DNA of 64,000 bases from an uncultured Myxococcales bacterium (GTDB lineage Bacteria > Myxococcota_A > UBA9042 > DTJE01), in NCBI GenBank assembly GCA_903857665.1, contig CAIOFV010000069.1, forward strand, positions 10,381 to 74,380, in the 5' to 3' direction. The notes beneath the pieces were generated by a model, which did not search any database, had not been told where the DNA came from, and saw nothing but the letters and a program-made list of their open reading frames with translations. The translations under genes were made by a program, and so were the position numbers. Positions 58,301 to 64,000 of the stretch are shown here, one piece after another (position 1 is the first letter of the stretch; every line of letters starts with the position of its first letter).

Positions 58301-58599
58301 GTGAACGCGCCGGCCTTCAGCACCTCGACCCGCAGCGTGACGGGCGTCTTCAGGTCGTCGGTGACGAGGATCCCCAGTTCCAGCTTGCCGGACACGGGGG
58401 TGGTGACACCCTGCGCGGGACTGGTGATCGTCACGTTGAGGCCGACGGGAGCCACCTCGGCCCCCTCGGTTTCGTCGAGCACGTCGCAGTCGATGCAGTA
58501 ATCCGGCTGCGTGGTCTTGGCCTTCGAACAGCCGAAGGCCCCCAGGGCGACCAGCATCGCGACAAGGGGAAGGGCGTTGGAACCATTTCGACGGAACAT
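55378..58599 (-). CDS. Large FG-GAP/VCBS-repeat lipoprotein (1074 aa)
   Basis: Lipobox LGAFGC. Multiple GDLDGDGxxD / DxDxDG integrin-alpha-type repeats. GGGAGG ribosome-binding site before the ATG at 58597-58599. Confidence 0.7.
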   Translation of the reverse strand: MFRRNGSNALPLVAMLVALGAFGCSKAKTTQPDYCIDCDVLDETEGAEVAPVGLNVTITSPAQGVTTPVSGKLELGILVTDDLKTPVTLRVEVLKAGAFTPVELKLPFAQATNIEVDTSLIPDGRKWTVKVTATRDSDATEATDQVLITVDNSGPIITPAGSTPVELGSILGDLKVQFVVKDAGAGVSEIHIRVSDATTQQDLGFVWDWPTGSTKAGAVKVDTGEIVIPSGSWTAGDKVLTVTSTDGIPDHNGSFVLNFSYSQVPRFQGGTVYALPTDVVGSAIAGIHLGLASDNTGAVVVSAASGLSIFTRDAATEKLVKKQDLLKTACGNLVVQDLDGDGLDDVVAVCNPATGTGHNLNLFLQTAGSTFAKPVVVTVPTSVTALALGDLNGDGRLDMALALAETSQTVGVVLSSFITATNTFTWGPLKQYGGAQDPRFIAIGQFGDLTGVGDARESAVVVAPSGSSTVTRFVADSKGLLSAGLNSSLTTILDGAALSRILTATTFTLGSTRPQTLLAFGDGERDRISLFRAESSGSSTALNGFLTLPAGVQPARIVAGDLDGDGVTDIAVLCKGGNLVHVFSGSIPTSGTTFLVSGPSFLVGSALDMTLADVDDDGVLDVVTLSSDGKSLTWLKNSGKLAFSGAPMVGLNLAPISIAAGRFSRPLTAEKTRLLDLAVLGTQSNKNVISVFTAEITTGMALTLANPTLNVDVASPRKLLAANLDPGSGTNTGLDDLVVAAAATGPTTGTRITGQVFLLKEDGVSHTKIAATPIANDWGDSPNLVALGDFSSRSASDPWRPDLVTIATFNVTGSNPGRFVQIKPFINQNDGSFTTKISAQATTKGETVDSTRSQRELVAAPLRLSLYKWIIKNVGQRTPYDVLSPDASTGDFTVYASSAVPGYLANTFKHFAVGANPKLLAVAFLAVPVDGSLPPDQAAKALPDVATLLDQDVVISYNSSDAALVPSNPDLLSFEPPVSLGHKGHGPVDLALADMNHDGNIDILVLNSQDSTVSIYLNLGSRNFSTPYDFATGVNPQQMIVADLDGNGCPDIVTVDATGKTLTYLKNIIPCAQ

Positions 58600-58629
58600 C
58601 CGGGGCCTCCCCGCACTCTGGGCGCATAC

Positions 58630-58658
58630 ATTCTTGCGGAAGGGAGGGGGATCGTCAA
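58630..58658 (-). promoter_or_regulatory. Possible sigma70-like promoter for the FG-GAP lipoprotein gene
   Basis: On the minus strand: TTGACG - 17 nt - AAGAAT, about 30 nt upstream of the ATG. Confidence 0.25.
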
Positions 58659-58723
58659 GAAATCGGCCGCTGTGGCGGACGAGGCGCATTCCCGGGGGTG
58701 GCCCGCCCGGGTGGTTCCGGCCG

Positions 58724-59014
58724 TCAGTCGGCACCTGGGGTGGACGAGCCGTCGATGACCTGGACGACGGCCGCGTCAACCAGCACGTCACGGCTGCCCG
58801 GCGACTCGGCGTTGCGGGCGCCGCTGCCGAACGCCACCACCACCGTGTCGCCCTGCCCGGCATCGAGGAGGTCCGTGGCCACCACGACCCGCCCCGTCGG
58901 TCGCTCGCCGTCGGACGTCACGCAGGTTTCGGCGACCAGCAGCAGCTTCCTGCCCGCGAGGCGCGGGGCCTTCTTCGTGGCCCAGACCTCCCCCATCACC
59001 CGGCCGCGAATCAC
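58724..59014 (-). CDS. EutN/CcmL/PduN-family protein (bacterial microcompartment vertex, BMC-P), paralog 3
   Basis: N-terminus (V/M)IRGRVMGEVWATKK, with ...DAGQGDTVVVAFGSGAR...DAAVVQVIDG collinear with CcmL/EutN. The GTG start at 59014 overlaps the upstream stop (GTGA). 97 aa. Confidence 0.75.
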   Translation of the reverse strand: MIRGRVMGEVWATKKAPRLAGRKLLLVAETCVTSDGERPTGRVVVATDLLDAGQGDTVVVAFGSGARNAESPGSRDVLVDAAVVQVIDGSSTPGAD

Positions 59015-59433
59015 GTCAGTGCTCCTGCTCCCCCCGAGCGCGCAGGCGCCGGCGACGGGTTTCCGGCGGAAACTCTCGCCGAAGACGAAGCCGACTCGGG
59101 GACATTCAATAGACTTTCCGGCGCGTGCCCCGGCGCGAAGGCGAAGGCCGGCCCGCCGGCGTCCCGGAGGACCTCGACGCCATCGACGATCGCCGCGATG
59201 GACGCCTCCACCGGGGTCCGGGTGTCCCCCAGCGCAAGGCGCGCCGGCAGGCCCATGCAAACCACCACGTCCTGCCCGACCTCCGCGCCCACCGGGTCCA
59301 CGCAGACCAGGTGGTCCGAAGGATGATCGGGGTCGTACCACGCCAGCGGCTGCACCAGCAACAGCTTCTGTCCGTCCAGGCGAGGGCTGTGCCGGGTCGC
59401 CCAGCACTGGCCGATGACGCGTCCCAGGATCAC
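59011..59433 (-). CDS. EutN/CcmL-family protein, paralog 2, with a C-terminal extension of about 50 aa
   Basis: MILGRVIGQCWATRH...VGAEVGQDVVVCMG...ASIAAIVDGVEV. GTG start with an AGGGGGA ribosome-binding site. The tail is encoded partly by repeat element A. Confidence 0.7.
   Translation of the reverse strand: MILGRVIGQCWATRHSPRLDGQKLLLVQPLAWYDPDHPSDHLVCVDPVGAEVGQDVVVCMGLPARLALGDTRTPVEASIAAIVDGVEVLRDAGGPAFAFAPGHAPESLLNVPESASSSARVSAGNPSPAPARSGGAGALT
59030..59107 (-). repeat. Copy A of the 78-nt structured repeat element (minus sense)
   Basis: CCCCGAG...CTCGGGG terminal inverted repeats and an internal GGCGAG-AGTTTCC / GGAAAC-CCGTCGCC hairpin. About 80% identical to copies B and C. Confidence 0.6.
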
Positions 59434-59762
59434 GGCGCCGTCCCCCTGGCCGTGGCCTCGACCACCGCCTCGTCCACGATCGCGATCACGCAGGCCTTGG
59501 TGGTCGCCTCGGGCCCGATCACCAGGTCGCGCACCCGGCTTCCGACACCGATCAGCACCAGTTGCCCCACGTCAGCCCCCAGCGGGTCCAGGGCCAGCAT
59601 CGACGACTGCCGGAGGTGCCCGTCGTCGCAATCCGCGGAGAACCGGGTCCCGTCACGCGCCATCGCCAGCCCCAGAGGGCGGACCTCGACGACCCGGCGG
59701 CCGTTCATGCCGTCGGATTGGTTCGCGCCCCACACGGTGCCGACCACGCGGGCGAGCTTCAT
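59430..59762 (-). CDS. EutN/CcmL-family protein, paralog 1
   Basis: MKLARVVGTVWGANQ...VGADVGQLVLIGVGSRVRDL...ACVIAIVDE. ATGA overlap with the upstream gene. 110 aa. Confidence 0.8.
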   Translation of the reverse strand: MKLARVVGTVWGANQSDGMNGRRVVEVRPLGLAMARDGTRFSADCDDGHLRQSSMLALDPLGADVGQLVLIGVGSRVRDLVIGPEATTKACVIAIVDEAVVEATARGTAP

Positions 59763-60274
59763 TTCTTCGAGTTCCTTTCCTGGATCAGCCGGGCCAGGGC
59801 CGCGGCCTCCTCGTTGACGATCTCGGCGGCATACGAATAGATGACGCGCTCGGCCACGGCACCGATGATGAACACCTGGACCTTCAGTTCGCCCGACAGG
59901 ATGCGGCGGGTCCGGCCCGGCCCGGCGGACTCGAACTGCATGTCGCCGTGGTTTTTCAGGAGTTCCGCCACCTTATGGGTTGTCGGCACGTTGACGTACG
60001 TCGCGGTGCCGCGCACCAGGTCCAGTTTGGATTCCTCGACCCATTCCATCCACCGGGGCTCGATCTTCTTGGGACCCACCGAATGGATCTTCGGAACGGG
60101 CATGTACCGGACCTTGCGCACGATCCGGCCGGGTTCCTCGGCCCACGAAAGCGTTTCGGCTTCCTGGACGTGTGTCATCCTCGGTTTGAGGACCTCGATC
60201 ACCCCCTTTTCGAACATGATCTTCATCAGGGTGTCGCGGTCGCAGGCGAACTCGTGCTCGAAGCGGTACTTCAT
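59759..60274 (-). CDS. Hypothetical protein, possibly SRPBCC/DUF2505-like (171 aa); first gene of the EutN-paralog operon
   Basis: The ATG at 60272-60274 follows a GGAGG ribosome-binding site. N-terminus MKYRFEHEFACDRDTLMKIMFEKG. Confidence 0.45.
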   Translation of the reverse strand: MKYRFEHEFACDRDTLMKIMFEKGVIEVLKPRMTHVQEAETLSWAEEPGRIVRKVRYMPVPKIHSVGPKKIEPRWMEWVEESKLDLVRGTATYVNVPTTHKVAELLKNHGDMQFESAGPGRTRRILSGELKVQVFIIGAVAERVIYSYAAEIVNEEAAALARLIQERNSKK

Positions 60275-60381
60275 GGCAGGACCTCCGTTGCCCCCGGCCG
60301 CCTTGTCCGACCGGCCCGGGCATGATACCGTTGGGGTGGTCCCGATGGCAATCCCCGCTCCGGCGCGAGCGGGCGCCGTAT

Positions 60382-60459
60382 CTCCCCGAGGGCGTATTCG
60401 CAGGCGACGGGTTCCCGTAGGAAACTCTCGCCGGAACCGAAGCCGACTGGGGGGCATCC
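60382..60459 (-). repeat. Copy B of the 78-nt structured repeat element (minus sense)
   Basis: Same architecture as copy A. Lies in the intergenic region between the SRPBCC-like gene and rluB. Confidence 0.6.
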
Positions 60460-60498
60460 GTGATGGGCGTCCTGTCGCGGACCCCGGAGGAACAACCC

Positions 60499-62304
60499 AT
60501 GATTCGTCTGCAACGCTACCTCGTCGAGGGCGGCAAACTGTCCAGGCGCGAGGCCGAGGAACGGATCGCCCAGGGGCGCGTCACCGTCAACGGGACGGTC
60601 GCCGAGCTTGGCACGATGATCGACCCGGACAACGACCGCATCAAACTGGACATGGAAACGGTCCGTCCGACGCGGCATCACATCGTGCTGGTGATGCACA
60701 AGCCCAAGGGGGTGGTCTGCAGCGAAAAGGACCCCGAGGGGCGCCGCAACGCCAACTCGCTGCTGCCGGACCTGCCCGTCCGGGTCCATACCATCGGCCG
60801 CCTGGACATCATGAGCGAAGGCCTTCTGCTGTTCACCAACGACGGCGACCTGACCCGGCAATTGACGCAGTCGGGCAGCGGCGTCGAACGGGTGTACGAG
60901 GTCAAGATCCAGGGCGGCGTTCCCGCCTGGGCGATGGAACGCATCGAGCGCGGCGTGAACCTGGAGGACGGGCGGGCGAAGGCGGCGTCGTGCAAGCGCC
61001 TGCGGCTGGCCCGGACCAACGAGTGGCTCGAGGTCGTGATGACCGAGGGCCGGTATCGCGAAGTGCGACGCATGTTCCAGACGCTCGGCATGAACGTGCT
61101 GAAGTTGAAGCGCGTGCGGTTCGGGCCGATCCGCCTGGGCAAGCTGCCGGCAGGGGCATCGCGGATCCTGACGCCGGACGAAGTCACGGCGCTGACCGAG
61201 AACCGGCCGCCGAAGCCCGTGCGACCCCCGAAGAACCAGCGGGCGGCACGAGGGACACGGTCGTCACGGGCCGGAGTGCCCGAGCGGCAGGGCAAGCCCG
61301 CCGGGGCCGAGAAGCCGGAACGGACGGAAAAGGCCGGGACGACCCGGTCGCCCGACCGCCCGGCGCGCACCGGTCGGACGGCGCGACCGACGGTGCCAGC
61401 GGCTCCGTCCGAGCGGTCCCAGTTGCCGGGGCACGCGACCCCGCCCGAACCCGGGTTCAGGGGCGTGCGTGGCACGCGTCCGGCACGTCCGGCGCGGCCC
61501 GAAGCCACGGAGCGTCGGCCCCGGACGTTGCACGGCGGGACCGCGCCGATGCGCGGGAGGCCCGAGACGGCTCGCGGAAGGTCGGATGCCGAACGTGGGC
61601 GGCCGGACGCCTCGCGGGGGAGGCCCGAGGCGCCACGCGGCCGGCCGGAAGCGACACGCGGTCGGCCTGCCGCGGCACAGGGGAGGCCGGAACTCGAGCG
61701 ACGCCCGCCACGGGAGCCGGCGCGCAGGTTCGATGCGGGTCGGGATTCGGGTGATGAGGACTACGTGGGCGACAGCGGCGCGGCCGCACGGCGCTTCGAA
61801 GCCGAAGTGGCGGATGCCGTCCGGAAGGCTGCGGCCCTGAAGGGGGCCCGTCCCGCGACACGGATCGACGGAACCGGCCAGGGCGCCCCGGATCGGGGCC
61901 ATGCTGCGAGCACGGGGGCACCGCGAGCGACGTCCGACCGAGGCGCCGGCCGAGGCCCGGGTCGCGGCGGACGCACCGGCGGATCCGGCTCACGACCCGG
62001 CTCGGCGGCTCGTCCCTCGCGGCCCGAAGGTCGCCCGGACAGAACCGGCTCTGCCGCCCGTCCCTCGCGGCCCGAAGGTCGCCCGGACAGATCCGCCGCA
62101 CCTGCCCGTCCATCGCGGCCCGCAGGCCGTTTGGAGCGGTCCGAAGCCTCTGCCGAGCGCCCCGCACGCACCGGGCGCCCCGCGCACCACGGCGGACGGC
62201 CGGCCAAGACGTCGCGCTCCCCCGCGAAGCCCGTCGCCCGGCCGAAGAAGCCTTCCGGCAAGCCGCAGCGCTCCCTGCACGCCAACAAGCCTCAGAAGGT
62301 GTAG
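60499..62304 (+). CDS. rluB: 23S rRNA pseudouridine synthase RluB-like, with an Arg/Pro-rich low-complexity C-terminal tail of about 370 aa
   Basis: S4 domain (RLQRYLVEGGKLSRREAEERI) and a PseudoU_synth_2 core (VHTIGRLDIMSEGLLLFTNDG with the catalytic Asp). GGAGG ribosome-binding site. The tail carries tandem peptide repeats. Confidence 0.8.
   Translation: MIRLQRYLVEGGKLSRREAEERIAQGRVTVNGTVAELGTMIDPDNDRIKLDMETVRPTRHHIVLVMHKPKGVVCSEKDPEGRRNANSLLPDLPVRVHTIGRLDIMSEGLLLFTNDGDLTRQLTQSGSGVERVYEVKIQGGVPAWAMERIERGVNLEDGRAKAASCKRLRLARTNEWLEVVMTEGRYREVRRMFQTLGMNVLKLKRVRFGPIRLGKLPAGASRILTPDEVTALTENRPPKPVRPPKNQRAARGTRSSRAGVPERQGKPAGAEKPERTEKAGTTRSPDRPARTGRTARPTVPAAPSERSQLPGHATPPEPGFRGVRGTRPARPARPEATERRPRTLHGGTAPMRGRPETARGRSDAERGRPDASRGRPEAPRGRPEATRGRPAAAQGRPELERRPPREPARRFDAGRDSGDEDYVGDSGAAARRFEAEVADAVRKAAALKGARPATRIDGTGQGAPDRGHAASTGAPRATSDRGAGRGPGRGGRTGGSGSRPGSAARPSRPEGRPDRTGSAARPSRPEGRPDRSAAPARPSRPAGRLERSEASAERPARTGRPAHHGGRPAKTSRSPAKPVARPKKPSGKPQRSLHANKPQKV
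61985..62140 (+). repeat. Tandem coding repeat of about 51 bp (about 3 units) in the rluB tail
   Basis: GCCCGTCCCTCGCGGCCCGAAGGTCGCCCGGACAGA.. is iterated, encoding SAARPSRPEGRPDR(T/S)G units. Confidence 0.5.
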
Positions 62305-64000
62305 AGCACCCCGAAGTGGATGTTGCCGACCTCTTCGCGGGCCGAGCACTTCCCCGTGGTTGAATCCACGCTCTTGCACCTGCGGTCCAGGATGATCCCG
62401 TAGTCGAGGCGGATCGGCACCACGCCGCCCAGCAGGTAGCGCAGGCCCACGCCGACCGAGTGGCGCAGCGACTTCGCGTGCAGGTCGGTCGGGCTTTCGG
62501 CCAGTGCGCCGACGTCATAGAACAGCGCGCCGTGGAGGTCGAGGCTGCGCAGGATCGGGAAGCGCAGTTCGAAGGTGCCCGACACCACCATGTCCCCGCT
62601 GTTGACCTTCGCGATCGTCGGGACCGTGACCGGCAGGCCGGTGCCAGGATCGACGTATACGGTGCCGTCCGCGTTCTTCTTCTGGCTGGTGGTCGTCTGC
62701 ACTCGCAAGCTGCCGTCGGAGTTGTACTGGGCCACCCCGTCGTTCGCGAACCCTCGCACCCCGCGGTTGCCGCCCAGCGAGTAGCGCTCCTCGGCGGGCA
62801 ACTGGCCCGCGCCGCCGAACGCCTTCGACCCGCCGTAGTGCGCGGTCAGGCCGATCGTGAGGAACTTCCGGATCGTCACGAAGCCCTTGAGGAGCACCTC
62901 GTACTTGAGGAAGTTCCCCTGGCTGAGCGCGTTGATGTACGCCAGCGAGACCTGTGCGAAGCCGCCGTTCTGCGGGTCGATCGGGTGATCCAGGCGGTCG
63001 TAGGTCAGCGTCGGGACGATCTTGTTTTCGTATCGCCACGACGAGTAGGTCGCATTCGGAATGCTGGGGTCGCGCGTCCGCACCACGCCGGTTTCCCAGG
63101 CCAGCGACCCGTACAGGTGCCTGACCAGCTCGCGAGACACGACGAACTCGGCCCCGAATTGCACCTGGTCGAGGCGCGAGGTGGCCCGGTCGTAGAGCGC
63201 GAACGGCGTCACGCGGAAGGAAAGGCCCTTGGAAAAGAAGTTGGGGTCCAGGTAGGTCGGGGCGAAGGACGCGTACCGGTCCCAGGCCGTGAACGACAGG
63301 CCGTACTTCACCGGCAGGTACAAGCGCTTCCCGCGACCCAGGAAGTTCTGGTCGACGTACCGGGCCTCGACCGTCAGGAGGATGTCCGGGAGGGGCAGGT
63401 CCAGCGTTCGGCCCGAACCCGACGTCGATACGTCCGAAAGGGCGATCGACGTCGACAGGCCGTCGGTGACGCCCTTGGGCAACGACGAATTCGGCCGGTC
63501 CCCGTTCAGCGTCTCGAAGCCGATCGCGAAGTCTACGAACTGGCTCTTCACCTCGCGGCACTCGACCACCAGCGCGACGCGGTCCCGCGGCGGGTCCTCG
63601 TCCGTGCCCAGGGCGGAAACCTGGACCGATGCGAAGATTCCGAGATTGTTCAGGAACCGCACGCCTTCGGCCACCCGCACCACGTCGTAGGGCTCACCGG
63701 GGCCGGGGAGGCGCGACGTGACGGTCTCGCGGATCGTGCGGTTGAGCCCCTGGACGAACACCGATCCGACCGTCGCCGGCGTTCCCTCGTCCACCGAGAT
63801 CCGCAGTGCGACGCTCCGGTCCGACACCTGTTCCAGGTCGCAGGAACCGTTGGATGCCCCCGAGGCGACTCCGTCTCCGGCGGGAGTTTCCTTCGGAAAC
63901 CCGCCGCCTGCGCCTGCGTGCTCGGGGGGGGGCACGTCCTCCGGGCCGCAGGCCACCTTCACCGAGGTCCGCAGGTAGCCCGCCGCCGCATACCACCGCG
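62292..64000 (-). CDS. bamA: Omp85-family outer-membrane protein assembly factor (BamA-like). The gene is partial: its N-terminus lies beyond the right edge of the window.
   Basis: C-terminal Bac_surface_Ag barrel (RYSLGGNRGVRGF, ALFYDVGAL, PIRLDYG, terminal ...GVLYTF) preceded by a POTRA domain. The frame stays open through position 64000. Confidence 0.8.
   Translation of the reverse strand, partial: RWYAAAGYLRTSVKVACGPEDVPPPEHAGAGGGFPKETPAGDGVASGASNGSCDLEQVSDRSVALRISVDEGTPATVGSVFVQGLNRTIRETVTSRLPGPGEPYDVVRVAEGVRFLNNLGIFASVQVSALGTDEDPPRDRVALVVECREVKSQFVDFAIGFETLNGDRPNSSLPKGVTDGLSTSIALSDVSTSGSGRTLDLPLPDILLTVEARYVDQNFLGRGKRLYLPVKYGLSFTAWDRYASFAPTYLDPNFFSKGLSFRVTPFALYDRATSRLDQVQFGAEFVVSRELVRHLYGSLAWETGVVRTRDPSIPNATYSSWRYENKIVPTLTYDRLDHPIDPQNGGFAQVSLAYINALSQGNFLKYEVLLKGFVTIRKFLTIGLTAHYGGSKAFGGAGQLPAEERYSLGGNRGVRGFANDGVAQYNSDGSLRVQTTTSQKKNADGTVYVDPGTGLPVTVPTIAKVNSGDMVVSGTFELRFPILRSLDLHGALFYDVGALAESPTDLHAKSLRHSVGVGLRYLLGGVVPIRLDYGIILDRRCKSVDSTTGKCSAREEVGNIHFGVLYTF
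63852..63930 (+). repeat. Copy C of the 78-nt structured repeat element (plus sense), inside the bamA reading frame
   Basis: GGATGCCCCCGAG...GGCGGGAGTTTCC-TTCG-GGAAACCCGCC...CTCGGGGGGG. The conserved stem has a UUCG loop. Confidence 0.6.

Noticed and set aside
55378-60274. BMC shell hexamer (PF00936) or signature-enzyme genes near the EutN paralogs
   Set aside because: I scanned the neighbouring ORFs in all frames for the GxVA..DAM.K-type BMC-H motif and for aldehyde dehydrogenase or phosphotransacylase genes, and found none. This is why the locus is called orphan.
59841-61754. 637-aa plus ORF
   Set aside because: Alternate frame over rluB and the SRPBCC-like gene. Low-complexity R/G/P translation.
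62515-63561. 348-aa minus ORF
   Set aside because: Alternate frame inside bamA. The bamA frame has the Omp85 barrel motifs and a C-terminal aromatic residue.
1-64000. CRISPR arrays, IS elements, integrases or phage genes
   Set aside because: I found no spacer-repeat arrays and no transposase, integrase or phage-like ORFs in any frame. The only repeats are the coding tandem repeats and the 78-nt element reported above.

Overview
This is a high-GC (about 70%) chromosomal segment that is almost entirely coding, and it is most consistent with a Myxococcota-type genome. Two features point that way: a 3,129-aa lipoprotein carrying a lamin-tail domain, myxobacterial Cys-rich repeats and proprotein-convertase P-like domains, and several good sigma54 promoter matches.

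Gene content, left to right:
- A partial lipoprotein gene, then a DUF47/PhoU-like gene paired with a PitA phosphate transporter.
- An AI-2E transporter and a lysophospholipase-like hydrolase.
- An NRAMP manganese/iron transporter fused to a UspA domain.
- An envelope-stress/efflux module: divergent TolC, ECF sigma factor, anti-sigma factor, a Spy/CpxP-like LTXXQ protein, an HlyD adaptor, an ABC ATPase and an FtsX permease.
- A beta-lactamase-family lipoprotein, a tetraheme cytochrome c, an HExxH membrane protein and the fused isobutyryl-CoA mutase IcmF.
- A nitrilase-family hydrolase and a FadL-like outer-membrane barrel.
- The giant secreted lipoprotein.
- A radical-SAM/SPASM enzyme, a rubrerythrin-like protein, an FAD oxidoreductase, a His/Cys-rich small protein and an SDR.
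- tRNA-Lys(CTT) with a putative promoter and terminator.
- guaA, a long U32 peptidase, gpmA and a PilZ protein.
- A four-gene cluster of LolA-like, DUF1302, lipoprotein and MMPL/RND exporter genes, followed by a hybrid sensor kinase.
- A 1,074-aa FG-GAP lipoprotein.
- Three tandem, translationally coupled EutN/CcmL-family (BMC vertex) paralogs plus an SRPBCC-like protein.
- RluB with a long Arg/Pro-rich repetitive tail, and a partial BamA.

The most unusual signals are the orphan triple EutN/CcmL locus and a structured repeat family of about 78 nt. I found three copies of the repeat, two of them embedded in-frame in open reading frames. Many long ORFs in the six-frame track are antisense or alternate-frame artefacts of the high GC content and were rejected. 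The track uses GTG and TTG as well as ATG starts, so I re-derived start codons from the sequence where I could.
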